A DNA stretch of 64,000 nucleotides from a virus (taxonomy: Duplodnaviria; Caudoviricetes), in IMG/VR virus record IMGVR_UViG_2791355159_000004, positions 10,229 to 74,228 of that record; one strand, given 5' to 3'. The position numbers and the translations under genes were made by a program. The first letter of the stretch is position 1; the number at the start of each line of letters is the position of its first letter. The notes below the pieces were generated by a model. That model was given only the letters and a program-made list of their open reading frames with translations, was not told where the DNA came from and ran no database searches. Of this stretch, positions 9,496-19,505 are shown piece by piece.

Positions 9496-12052
9496 TCTTG
9501 TCGTAAATCTTGGGGCTGAGACTGCCCGGTTTCACGAGCAGATGGGCCGGGTCGAACGTCAGCTGAAAAACGCGGGGCAGCAGGCCGGGCGCGCTGCGCA
9601 GCAGGTTTCCTCCGTTTCGCGCGCTGAAGTGCAGGCCACGCAGGCAAAAGCCCGTTTTCTCAGCCAGCTCAAGGCACAGCTGGCCACACAACGGCTTTCA
9701 CGTGAAGAGATGCTGAGAACGCGCGCGGCACAGCTGGGGCTGGGCGATGCGGCGGAAATCTATATCCGTAAGCTGGAGTCGGCCCGTCAGAAAACACACT
9801 CTCTGGGACTGGCGAGCGCGTCGGCGCGGCGCGAGCTGGGCGTGTTGTTTGGCGAAATGGCGCGGGGCAATTTTGGCGCACTTCGTGGCTCAGGCATTAC
9901 GCTTGCGAATAATGCCGGATGGATAGAAAAGCTGATGACCCTGCGCGGTCTGAGCATAGCCGGGATGGTGGGCGGTATTGCCGCTGCTGTCTGGGGACTG
10001 GGGAAAGCCTGGTATCAGGGCAGTCAGGAAGCTGAGGCCTTTAACAGGAATCTTATCCTCACCGGCCACTATGCCGCCCGGACAACCTCAGCGCTACAGG
10101 CGATGAGCCGCTCTCTGACGGGCAACGGTATTACGCAGCATGAAGCGGCTTCTGTGCTGGCGGAAGTCACTGGCTCGGGTTTATTTAATGGGCAGCACCT
10201 CCGGCAGGTCGCTGACGTCGCGGCCCGTCTCAAAACTGTAACCGGTCAGGCTACCGAAGAAACTATCCGACAGTTTGCGCGGCTTCAGGACACGCCCGTC
10301 GCTGCCGTCCGGGAGCTGGATAAATCCCTGCACTTTCTGACGGCGACTGAACTGGAAAACATCACCCGCCTGGCAGAACAGGGGCGTGAAGCCGATGCGG
10401 CAGCTCTGGCTATGGATCGTTACGCTGAAACCCTGCGTCATCGCAGCGACGATGTGGCACAGCATCTGGGAACGCTGGAGAAAACCTGGAAATGGCTGGG
10501 GGAGACGGCGGCGGGTGCCTGGGATGCCATGCTGGGCATCGGCCGGGAACGGTCGCTGGAAGAGCAGATTGCTGCCCTGAGAGAGAAGTTAAACGCGGGT
10601 GGAAAGGCCCTGGGCAAAGCCTGGATACCTGTCACGCAGCAGGACAGGGACAGGCTTTCCCGGCTGGAAGAACAGAAGTTTCAACATGACCTGAAGGCCG
10701 CCCGCGATAAAGCAGATCAGGATGCGGAAATCCGTAAAAAGCGCCGTTTCGATGCTGACCAGACCCTGAAAAAACAGTACGAAACGGAAGAGGAAAAGCA
10801 TCAGCGCGCGCTGTCAGTTATCCGCCATTCATGGGCATCCCGTGAGGTTAAAGAGGAGGCGATGCGCCGTGAAAAACAGCGCTATGACACGCTTGTCGCA
10901 GGCCGCCGAAAACGGCGGGACGCACATCAGCCGTCGGCGGCTGCCCTTGCAGGCGAAAAGGCGCAGGCTGACATGCTGGCGCTACAGGCCCGGCTTCACG
11001 CTCTGAAGACGCATCAGGAAGCAGGTATTGTCAGCCAGCAGCGTAAAGAGCTCTGGGCCTCCCAGGCGAAATTTCATGTTCTTGAGGAAGCCGCACAAAA
11101 ACGCCAGCTGACCCATGAGGAAAAATCCCTGCTTGCCGGTAAAGCCAGCGTCCTGCTTCAGCAGGAAAAACTGGCCATGCTGGGGGATGAAGTTGCGCTT
11201 CAGGAACGCATGAATCAGCTTCAGGTGCAGGCTGGAAAATTTACGGAGCAGCAGCGCACGCGGCAGGCGGAAATTGCGGCGCTTGAACACGGCCTGTCGG
11301 CACGGGAGGCGCAGCAGCATGCCAGCGTTACCCGACTCAGCGCCACTTATGCAGAGGCGCCAGATGTACTTGCTGCAGTGTTAAAAGCACAGCAAAAAAC
11401 CTGGCAGGCGGAAGAAAAGCTGCGGGCTGACTGGCTGGCGGGAGCAAAAAGCGCATGGGCTGAGTACCGTGATGCGGCGCTTGATGCCAACAGCCAGATA
11501 AAACAGGCTTCGTCCAGGGCGCTTGACGGGTTAAGCACACAGCTGAGTGCTCTTCTGACGGACGGTAAGGCAGGTTTTCGCGACTTTACCCGAAACGTTC
11601 TGAGCATGCTCACCCAGATCCTGGTGAAAATGACGCTGGTCAGGGGCGTGGATTTTTTCGCCGGACTGCTTAAGCAACATGCGTTGTCATTTCATGCGCA
11701 GGGCGGTGTTTTTCATTCTCAGGATCTTCATGCCTTCAGCGGAAGCGTGATCCGGACGCCTACGCTGTTTGCGTTTGCCCATGGTGCCGGCGTCATGGGA
11801 GAGGCCGGGCCGGAAGGTATCTTTCCACTACGTCGCGGTGCCGACGGTAAGCTGGGTGTGGTGGCCCGGATGACAGGAGCCGGCCTGAAATACGCACCCG
11901 TCTTTAATGTCACCATTCACAATGACGGCCGTAACGGGCAGCTCGGGCCGGAGGCCGCAAGAATGATGTATGAGCTGGGGCGTCAGGGCGCGAAAGATTT
12001 CTTCCTTCAGCAGCAGCGTGACGGCGGCATGATGAGCGGAGGCCGGGTCTGA
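9476..12052 (+). CDS. Tail tape measure protein H
   Basis: 858 aa, Ala/Gln-rich helical protein with GEAGPE motif. Confidence 0.92.
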   Translation: MSQQIADLVVNLGAETARFHEQMGRVERQLKNAGQQAGRAAQQVSSVSRAEVQATQAKARFLSQLKAQLATQRLSREEMLRTRAAQLGLGDAAEIYIRKLESARQKTHSLGLASASARRELGVLFGEMARGNFGALRGSGITLANNAGWIEKLMTLRGLSIAGMVGGIAAAVWGLGKAWYQGSQEAEAFNRNLILTGHYAARTTSALQAMSRSLTGNGITQHEAASVLAEVTGSGLFNGQHLRQVADVAARLKTVTGQATEETIRQFARLQDTPVAAVRELDKSLHFLTATELENITRLAEQGREADAAALAMDRYAETLRHRSDDVAQHLGTLEKTWKWLGETAAGAWDAMLGIGRERSLEEQIAALREKLNAGGKALGKAWIPVTQQDRDRLSRLEEQKFQHDLKAARDKADQDAEIRKKRRFDADQTLKKQYETEEEKHQRALSVIRHSWASREVKEEAMRREKQRYDTLVAGRRKRRDAHQPSAAALAGEKAQADMLALQARLHALKTHQEAGIVSQQRKELWASQAKFHVLEEAAQKRQLTHEEKSLLAGKASVLLQQEKLAMLGDEVALQERMNQLQVQAGKFTEQQRTRQAEIAALEHGLSAREAQQHASVTRLSATYAEAPDVLAAVLKAQQKTWQAEEKLRADWLAGAKSAWAEYRDAALDANSQIKQASSRALDGLSTQLSALLTDGKAGFRDFTRNVLSMLTQILVKMTLVRGVDFFAGLLKQHALSFHAQGGVFHSQDLHAFSGSVIRTPTLFAFAHGAGVMGEAGPEGIFPLRRGADGKLGVVARMTGAGLKYAPVFNVTIHNDGRNGQLGPEAARMMYELGRQGAKDFFLQQQRDGGMMSGGRV

Positions 12053-12381
12053 TGGAATCATTTAACTGGAAGATCCGGCCGGGTATGCGTGCCGAGCGAG
12101 AGCCACGTGTGCAGACAATCCGGTTTGGTGACGGGTATGAGCAGCGGCGCGCAGATGGCCTGAATGTTCTTCAGAGCCGCTACGCCATTATGCTGTCCGG
12201 ACCTCACGCCACGATGCAGGCGGTGGAGAACTTCCTTATCCGGCACAGCGGTGTCAGAGCCTTTCTGTGGCAACCGCCGGGCCAGCCCGATCCTGCCGTC
12301 TTTGTCTGCCGACGCTGGTCGGCGGTGCGTCTGGCGAGGCGCACGGAAATAACCGGCGAATTTGAACAGGTCCCCGCCTGA
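12052..12381 (+). CDS. Minor tail protein M
   Basis: FGDGYEQR motif. Confidence 0.92.
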   Translation: MESFNWKIRPGMRAEREPRVQTIRFGDGYEQRRADGLNVLQSRYAIMLSGPHATMQAVENFLIRHSGVRAFLWQPPGQPDPAVFVCRRWSAVRLARRTEITGEFEQVPA

Positions 12382-12391
12382 GGTAACAGCG

Positions 12392-13093
12392 ATGAACACC
12401 ATTCCTTCTCAAATGCTGAGTGAACTGACCCGGACAGAGCCGTCTGCCCGTATTGACCTGTGGGAAGCGGATCTGACCGCAACAGGCGGTAAACGTTACT
12501 TCTTCTGCAATGAACAGAATGAACTCGGAAAAGCGGTTATCTGGCAGAAACGTCGCTACCGGCCTTATCCCGTCAGGATGGAAGAGTGTGGCATGAGTGG
12601 GCGAGGCCCGGCTGCGCGTCCGTCAGTTGTTGTCTCAAACCTGTATGGTATCGTGACCGGCCTGGCCGAGGCGCACCAGAGCCTGGTGGGTGCCGCTGTG
12701 ATACGGCGAACGGTCTGTGCCCGGTTTCTGGACGCAGAGAATTTCAGGCGTGGTAATCCGGACGCCGATCCGCAGCAGGAAGTGGTCAGCCGTTATGTTA
12801 TTGAACAGCTGGCGGAACTGACGTCACTGACGGCGAGATTTATTCTGGCCGTGCCGACAGAAACCGAAGGGTTACTCTGCCCGGGCCGCATCATGCTGTC
12901 TGACCTTTGCCCATGGGAATACCGCTCAGCAGACTGTGGGTACACCGGGCCGGCAATTGCAGACAGCAACGGACACCCCGTCAAGGATGCCGCTCAGGAT
13001 CACTGTGGCAACTGTGCGGCAGGTTGCCGGCTTCGTCATAACACCAGGCGCTTCGGCGGGTTTCTCTCGCTGAATACGTACTCAGCAGAATGA
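12392..13093 (+). CDS. Minor tail protein L
   Basis: CPWEYRSADCGY and C-terminal Cys cluster, RFGGF. Confidence 0.9.
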   Translation: MNTIPSQMLSELTRTEPSARIDLWEADLTATGGKRYFFCNEQNELGKAVIWQKRRYRPYPVRMEECGMSGRGPAARPSVVVSNLYGIVTGLAEAHQSLVGAAVIRRTVCARFLDAENFRRGNPDADPQQEVVSRYVIEQLAELTSLTARFILAVPTETEGLLCPGRIMLSDLCPWEYRSADCGYTGPAIADSNGHPVKDAAQDHCGNCAAGCRLRHNTRRFGGFLSLNTYSAE

Positions 13094-13449
13094 CGTACGC
13101 CTGTAGCGCAGCGACAATCGGGCGTCTCTCCGAAGATATCTTCGCCCACGCCCGGGCCTGTCATCCGCAGGAGTGCTGCGGTCTGGTCATCCTGACACCG
13201 GACGACTGTCAGTATCGGCCCTGCATTAACACTTCCCCTGAGCCACACCGGCATTTTCTGATCACCCCTGAAGATTACCTGAGTGCCTCTGCCGCCGGCA
13301 CGATTATCGCGCTGGTTCACAGCCATCCTGATGGGCCACCTGAACTGAGCCCTGCGGATAAAGCCGCCATGAGACACAGCGCCTGCAGCTGGTGGCTGGT
13401 GTGCGGTGACAGCATTTATCGCTTTGGAGATGAAAATGAGCTCACCTGA
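13090..13449 (+). CDS. Tail assembly protein K-like, JAB/MPN domain only
   Basis: ECCG and HSHP...SxxD motifs; no NlpC/P60 half. Confidence 0.8.
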   Translation: MTYACSAATIGRLSEDIFAHARACHPQECCGLVILTPDDCQYRPCINTSPEPHRHFLITPEDYLSASAAGTIIALVHSHPDGPPELSPADKAAMRHSACSWWLVCGDSIYRFGDENELT

Positions 13450-14089
13450 ATATTCATCTGAAAGGGCCCGGCCGGTTCGGGTGTGTCTGTACGGCAACCT
13501 CGGCAGGTCTGGCAGGCGCATTGATCTGCATGTGAGGACTGCGGCAGAAGCGCTGCATGCGCTGGTGATGCAGTCCGGTGAGTTCAGGCGTCAGTTCAGC
13601 GAAGGGCTTTATCAGGTGCGTATTGCCGGCAGCGATCTTGATACTGGCAACCTGCATGCCCGCCTGCATGAAAAGCTACCGTCCGGCGCAGTTGTCCATC
13701 TGGTTCCCCGGCTGCAGGGCGCTTCCCGGCGGGGCCTGCTTCAGTTGTTTGCAGGTGCCGCGCTCATCGCGGCGTCATTTATTCCGGGTCTGAATGCTTT
13801 TGCCTGGACGGTGGGCGCGACAACGCTTTCGCTGAGCGGGGCGGCTTTTTCGCTGGGGGCCAGCCTGATGCTGGGCGGAGCCGCTCAGCTGCTGGCTCCA
13901 CGACCTGCGGGTGCAGATACCAGGGATAACAAAAGCACCTGGTTTTCAGGCACAGAAAACATGATGGCTCAGGGCGCGCCGGTACCAGTACTGTATGGAG
14001 AAATGCGGGTGGGGTCACGCGTAATTTCTCAGGAGATTTCCACCCGGGATATGAGCGGGGAAGGAAAGGTGATTATTATCGGATACTGA
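13406..14089 (+). CDS. Tail assembly protein I (start probably ~13430)
   Basis: QGAPVPVLYGEMRVGSRVISQ motif. Confidence 0.9.
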   Translation: MTAFIALEMKMSSPEYSSERARPVRVCLYGNLGRSGRRIDLHVRTAAEALHALVMQSGEFRRQFSEGLYQVRIAGSDLDTGNLHARLHEKLPSGAVVHLVPRLQGASRRGLLQLFAGAALIAASFIPGLNAFAWTVGATTLSLSGAAFSLGASLMLGGAAQLLAPRPAGADTRDNKSTWFSGTENMMAQGAPVPVLYGEMRVGSRVISQEISTRDMSGEGKVIIIGY

Positions 14090-14241
14090 CATTAAGAGAA
14101 TAAATAAGCGTTTTTTTATTACATCATTATTAGTTAATTGACTGTATTTAATTATAAAATTTGAAAAACGAAGCATGATGCTATTGCTGATAACTGACAG
14201 GATTTAAAACTAGTCAAAGCAGGTAGCCCACTAAGGTGGGC

Positions 14242-14790
14242 TCAATGTACACTTTTATTTTCGATAGATTGACTGAAGTCCATTGTGCTTTGTATAGGAG
14301 CCGGTTCTATTGATGACAATGTGAATACAGGAATTTTGAGATGCTTACATCTCTCATGTACACCTTTATCATGAGTCCAGACTTCATCAACACCAATCGC
14401 AATGGCTATGGCAATGATTTGTCTATCAAATTTTATTTTGTTAGCCGTTCCCTCTGTGCTGATTTTTTTTAACTCCTGAAGTGTTGGTAATGACGCACAT
14501 TCAATTGCAGCAAGCTCATCAAAAGGAGCAGTTTCAAAACAAGAAACAGATCTAATAATATTTAATCTTTCTTGTTGATGATTCTTATGTATGCCTACCA
14601 AATATTCAGCTAATACTGGGGTAGGCACAATTATCGTACCGTTTAAGCTTTCGATTCTGTCAAGCAAAGCTTCAGCTCTTCTTTTAACATCTTTAATTTG
14701 AGAACCTAAAACAGGATCGGACATTCTGTAATCATTTTCAATGTCTGACAGCAAAGGAACTAAAATATTGGTATCTAAAATTACTCGCAA
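14242..14790 (-). CDS. PIN-domain protein (putative RNase), copy 1
   Basis: LDTNIL, LAEY, FDRQII and THD acidic tetrad; TTG start overlapping the upstream gene; AT-rich; hairpin at 14225-14242. Confidence 0.85.
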   Translation of the reverse strand: MRVILDTNILVPLLSDIENDYRMSDPVLGSQIKDVKRRAEALLDRIESLNGTIIVPTPVLAEYLVGIHKNHQQERLNIIRSVSCFETAPFDELAAIECASLPTLQELKKISTEGTANKIKFDRQIIAIAIAIGVDEVWTHDKGVHERCKHLKIPVFTLSSIEPAPIQSTMDFSQSIENKSVH

Positions 14791-15497
14791 TTTATTACCC
14801 TCATCGTCTTGAGGAGAGAATCAGCATCTTCTTCTTCTGACCACTGGTCCCCAGGTGCTTGTTTAATAGAGCTGATTGCATCCCTGAGCGATGTCTTCTT
14901 TAGCAACGTAAAGGAAGCAATTTTCATTTTTTTTAACTCCCATTTACCCTCTCTTTTTTCCCAATTACTCTCTCCTTTTACTCTTATATTTTTGAAGAGA
15001 TGTGAGCCTAAAGATGAAGCTAGTTCGGGAGTAGCCTCACACTTGAAGGTTTCCCCATTAGGGCCTTCAATTCGAACAGGAATAGAGTCATCTTTACCAC
15101 CAACGCTATAAAGCCTCCCTTGGATCTCAGCAACTTTAGTTACATATAGGGGCATGTCTTTTTTTATCGTTGGGAAAGAAATGATAACAGTGTCGTTACG
15201 ATCAAGCAGCTTTCCGACAAAACCATCCTGTTCAAGTAAATTTGTTAGCCTTTGGTACGAGGAGCCATTGTTCTGTGCAGCCAGAGTCGCTTTAGTAATT
15301 ACAGCATTGTAAGAAATGTCATTATCAACCCATGCATTTAAATCGGCAGAGCCTTCGCTTACCGAATCAAAATGTACAGCCTCCACGGAACCATAAAAAT
15401 CCGTAAGCGCAGCCATATACTTAACCAGCTTAGCCATAGGCAATTTGCTTGGGCTGGTACCGTCAAGTTTTAAAGTGAGAGCATTGGGTTTTTTCAT
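14781..15497 (-). CDS. Uncharacterised 238-aa partner of the PIN protein, copy 1
   Basis: Clear homologue of 26668-27384; AT-rich moron between I and J; TATACT -10 near 15532-15537. Confidence 0.85.
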   Translation of the reverse strand: MKKPNALTLKLDGTSPSKLPMAKLVKYMAALTDFYGSVEAVHFDSVSEGSADLNAWVDNDISYNAVITKATLAAQNNGSSYQRLTNLLEQDGFVGKLLDRNDTVIISFPTIKKDMPLYVTKVAEIQGRLYSVGGKDDSIPVRIEGPNGETFKCEATPELASSLGSHLFKNIRVKGESNWEKREGKWELKKMKIASFTLLKKTSLRDAISSIKQAPGDQWSEEEDADSLLKTMRVINCE

Positions 15498-15839
15498 TAA
15501 TCTTTACACAACATCATAGGATCCTGTTTTCAGTATAACCCTAAACATCAGCCTTAAAGCTCATCATTCTTTGACATACAACTCTCAACTGAAAGCTGGG
15601 AGGTTAACCGGCCCTTCGACGATTACTCTTTAAGATTCATCCTAGCCTGGCTTTGCTCGCCCGCCCATCCTGATAGATGAACAGTACTTTTTTATCATGG
15701 CGAATAGGACGGTTTATGCTGACAGAAGAAGTGCCTGTCTAAGTGAACAAGCTGCACTATCAACTCTGTCTTGTTCGCAGTGAGCGCAGGCAGAGAGAAT
15801 TGAACAAGAAACACTGACACCTTCTCCCCGAACACCATA

Positions 15840-15862
15840 ACCCGCTTAACTGCGGTTTTTTT
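15840..15862 (+). terminator. Rho-independent terminator upstream of J
   Basis: CCGC-ttaact-GCGG followed by a T run. Confidence 0.6.
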
Positions 15863-15881
15863 ATTTGTACAGAGGAAAGCA

Positions 15882-18800
15882 ATGCACATTTTTCATCACC
15901 ATGCACAAACGCCGCATGACAAACCTGACAACCTTCGCTCCTCTCAGGTACTGAGCGTAATGGATGTTGTCAGCGAAGGCCCCGTTGCCGGTCTTGTTGA
16001 CGGTTTAAAAAGCGTGCTGATTAACGGCACGCCTGTGCTTGGGCCGGACGGACAGGTGAACGTGCAGGGCGTCAGTATGCACTTTCATGCCGGAACGGCG
16101 GATCAGCCACCGCTGAGCGGATTTGAGGCATCAGCCCGGGAAAAGCTGATCAATGCTGACGTGACCGCGCAATATGCCGTCACGCGCACGGTGGATGGAA
16201 AGGAAACAGACCGGCTTCGCCTGACGCTGGGCGTTCGCCAGCTATTCTCGGTCAACAAAAAAGGCGAAACGCAGGATGCGTCAGTCACCCTGCGAATTCT
16301 TATCCGGCATCCTGCAGGCTGGAAAACGGAAAAAGACATTACCGTGAAGGGACGTACGCACGAGCCATTTGCGTTTTCGGTGATCCTTGAAGACCTGCCA
16401 GCTGCGCCGTTTGACGTTCGCGTAACGCGTATTACGCCTGACAGCACCGGTAACCGGCTGTTCAATAAGACCTTCTGGTCATCATATACAGAAATCACCG
16501 ATGTCCGGCAATGCTATCTCCATACGGCCGTGACGGGCCTGAAAATTGACTCAGAGAAATCGGGCAATCAGCGAGCGGAGCGTAATTACCTGATGCGGGG
16601 GCGCCTGGTCAGGGTGCCGGCAAATTATGACCCGGTGACGCGCCGCTATGCCGGAGAACGCTGGAATGGCGAGTTCAAAGAAGCCTGGACGGACAACCCG
16701 GCCTGGTGCCTGTATGACCTGCTGATGCACCCACGCTATGGTCTGGGTCAACGAATGGGTATTGCAGATGCAGACAAGTGGGCACTGTATAACATTGCCC
16801 GCTACTGTGATGAAAAGGTCAGTGATGGCTATGGCGGGCTGGAGCCCCGCATCCGCTGCAACGCGTGGCTGACCCGCCAGCGGAAGGCGTTCGATGTGAT
16901 CGGTGATTTCTGCAGCATGATGCGCTGTATGCCCGTATGGAGCGGCCAGCGTCTGACGTTTATTCAGGATGCGCCTTCAGATGTTGTCTGGACCTACACC
17001 CGTGCCAGCGTGGCCGGCGGCCAGTTCCACTACAGCTTCAGCGCGCTGAAGGATCGCCATAACGCGGTTGAAGTACGTTTCATCGACCCACACAACAACT
17101 GGCAGCCTTCCATAGAGCTGGTGGAAGATCGCGAGGCCATAAAGCGATACGGGCGCAATCTGCTGAAAGTCGATGCGTTTGGCTGTACCAGCCGGGGGCA
17201 GGCACACCGGACCGGCTTATGGATCATCCAGACCGAACTGCTGGAAACCCAGACCGTTGATTTTTGTGTGGGGGCAGAAGGGCTGCGTCATATCCCTGGT
17301 GATGTGTTCGAAATTTGCGACAACGATTATGCCGGGACCGCGACCGGTGGCCGGATCATTGCAGCAGAGCCTGAGAAAAAACTACTCAGGCTTGACCAGC
17401 CTGTGTCTCTTCCAGAAGAGGGACGTGCCACGCTGAATCTGATGAGTGAGACCGGGCAGCCTGTGACCGTCAGCGTGACCGGCCATCCTGAACCTGACTG
17501 TGTCGAAGTGGACAGCATGCCTGAAGGCATAACGTCATTCAGCGTCTGGGGGCTCAAACTGCCGGGTCTGCGGCAGCGCCTGTTTCGCTGCGTGGCCATA
17601 CGTGAAAGCGAAAACGGCGGCTATGCCGTGACCGCACTGCAGCACTGCCCGGAGAAACAGGCGCGAGTGGACGAAGGCAGGCGCTTTTCAGAAAACCCGG
17701 CCAGCGGGCACGCAATGTTACCGCCCGCTGTCCGGCATCTTCATGTCAGCGTCAGCGCTTCATCCGGCCACATTCATGCCATTGCCCGATGGGAAGTTCT
17801 GCGGACCTCCGGCAGCGCACACTTTGATGTACGGGTCACTCGTGGCCATGATGCCACGGGATATCTGGTTTTCAGCCACACAACGGATCGGCCTGAATGT
17901 GCGTTCACTCTGCCAGAAAGGGGAAGCTATACGCTGAGCGTCAGTTCAGTCAATGAGGCCGGGCAGAAAAGCGAACCTGCCTCTGCCGGTATTACGGTTG
18001 CTGCACCTGAGGCTCCCGTATCCATTGACGTCACACCCGGCTATTTCCAGGTCACGCTGGTGCCACATCAGGCCGTTTATGATGCCACTGTACGTTATGA
18101 ATTCTGGTATGCCGGAACCCGGCTCGCTGACGCGCAACAGGCCGAATCTCAGGCGCAGTATCTTGGAGAAGGACGCTGCTGGATAAAAGACGGCCTCATG
18201 CCGGGCAATGTTCACTACTTCTATATCCGCAGCGTAAACGCGCTCGGCAAATCTGCTTTTACCGAACAGGCCGCCAGGCCGAGCGATAAAGCGGAAGACT
18301 ATCTGGCGTTTTATAAGGGGAAAATCAGCGACACACATCTTGGCCAGAGCTTACTGACAAAAATGGAGCAGCTGTCAGAGGGCGCCACAAAAATCGGGAA
18401 AATTGAAAAGAGCTGGAAAGACACGGAAGGGCGGCTGAATTCGCAATGGTCGGTCAGACTTGAGCAGATGAAAAATGGTCAGTACTGCATGGCTGGCTTT
18501 GGCATGGGGATTGAGGAAAAACCGGAGGGGATGCAGAGTCAGATCCTGATGGCAGCCGATCGTGTGGCGTTTGTGAACACGGAGAACGGAAACACCGTAC
18601 CCGCACTGGTTATTGAGCATAATGATATCTACTTTCGTGAAGCACTTATTAAGCATCTGCGTGCGGTCAGTCTCATCAGCAGTGGATCACCTCCATCATT
18701 CAGCCTGACACCAGACGGCAGGCTGTCAGCAAAAAAAGCCGACATCAGCGGTACCTTACGGGCAACGTCGGGTGAGCTTGAGAACGTCACGATTAAAGAC

Positions 18801-19298
18801 AGCTGCACCATTGAAGGTGTACTGGATGCAAAACAGATAACAGGTGACATTTATAATGTTCAGTCAGGTGGAGTGCGGTTACCCGAAGGCGCTTTCAGCT
18901 GGTCCGACAAAGAAGGAGAACATGTTCTGTTCAGAATTGCTGGCGAGTCATTTGACCGTATTCTGGATACAAATCTGACTCTGATGGCTCAGTGCCGTAG
19001 AAAACGGCAGCAGTTTAAGTTAATCATCCGGCATCATCATTATCAAAACGAAATATATAAAGATGTCCAGCTCGCTTACGCGGATACCGGTAATAAGGGA
19101 CATGCCCCAGGCATGAGTTACAAAATAAACGGAATAAACCTGCCGGCGATCGGCCGGTCGCATGTGCACGAGTTGATTGTGTACGTAGGTAACAGTAAAA
19201 GGTTTGGCCGTGTCTGGTGCTATCTTCCCCCTGGCGAGGCACCAAAATTTACGGCCTATCGCGCAGGACGCTCATTTGTTACCAGCGGGGAAGTGTAA
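15882..19298 (+). CDS. Host specificity / central tail tip protein J
   Basis: SEGPV, WTDNPAW and FGCTSRGQAHR motifs of lambda gpJ. Confidence 0.95.
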   Translation: MHIFHHHAQTPHDKPDNLRSSQVLSVMDVVSEGPVAGLVDGLKSVLINGTPVLGPDGQVNVQGVSMHFHAGTADQPPLSGFEASAREKLINADVTAQYAVTRTVDGKETDRLRLTLGVRQLFSVNKKGETQDASVTLRILIRHPAGWKTEKDITVKGRTHEPFAFSVILEDLPAAPFDVRVTRITPDSTGNRLFNKTFWSSYTEITDVRQCYLHTAVTGLKIDSEKSGNQRAERNYLMRGRLVRVPANYDPVTRRYAGERWNGEFKEAWTDNPAWCLYDLLMHPRYGLGQRMGIADADKWALYNIARYCDEKVSDGYGGLEPRIRCNAWLTRQRKAFDVIGDFCSMMRCMPVWSGQRLTFIQDAPSDVVWTYTRASVAGGQFHYSFSALKDRHNAVEVRFIDPHNNWQPSIELVEDREAIKRYGRNLLKVDAFGCTSRGQAHRTGLWIIQTELLETQTVDFCVGAEGLRHIPGDVFEICDNDYAGTATGGRIIAAEPEKKLLRLDQPVSLPEEGRATLNLMSETGQPVTVSVTGHPEPDCVEVDSMPEGITSFSVWGLKLPGLRQRLFRCVAIRESENGGYAVTALQHCPEKQARVDEGRRFSENPASGHAMLPPAVRHLHVSVSASSGHIHAIARWEVLRTSGSAHFDVRVTRGHDATGYLVFSHTTDRPECAFTLPERGSYTLSVSSVNEAGQKSEPASAGITVAAPEAPVSIDVTPGYFQVTLVPHQAVYDATVRYEFWYAGTRLADAQQAESQAQYLGEGRCWIKDGLMPGNVHYFYIRSVNALGKSAFTEQAARPSDKAEDYLAFYKGKISDTHLGQSLLTKMEQLSEGATKIGKIEKSWKDTEGRLNSQWSVRLEQMKNGQYCMAGFGMGIEEKPEGMQSQILMAADRVAFVNTENGNTVPALVIEHNDIYFREALIKHLRAVSLISSGSPPSFSLTPDGRLSAKKADISGTLRATSGELENVTIKDSCTIEGVLDAKQITGDIYNVQSGGVRLPEGAFSWSDKEGEHVLFRIAGESFDRILDTNLTLMAQCRRKRQQFKLIIRHHHYQNEIYKDVQLAYADTGNKGHAPGMSYKINGINLPAIGRSHVHELIVYVGNSKRFGRVWCYLPPGEAPKFTAYRAGRSFVTSGEV

Positions 19299-19505
19299 TA
19301 ACCATGCTGAGTAATAACGTTGAATATCCTGACATAGTGGCAGGTTGTTTATGCGAAGGGCTTCAAATCCAGTTCAGATAAAAGGCTGCCCCGGCAACAA
19401 GCACAACGGATGAAATAATATTGAGCGCAATAACAGTGCGAGGTGATACGTCCATTTCTGAAACTCCTTAGATGAAGATTCTAAGATTAGCACCTGTATG
19501 AAAAT

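Noticed and set aside
14141-14158. LexA box after tail gene I
   Set aside because: Only the left half (CTGTAT) is present; no CAG at the correct spacing
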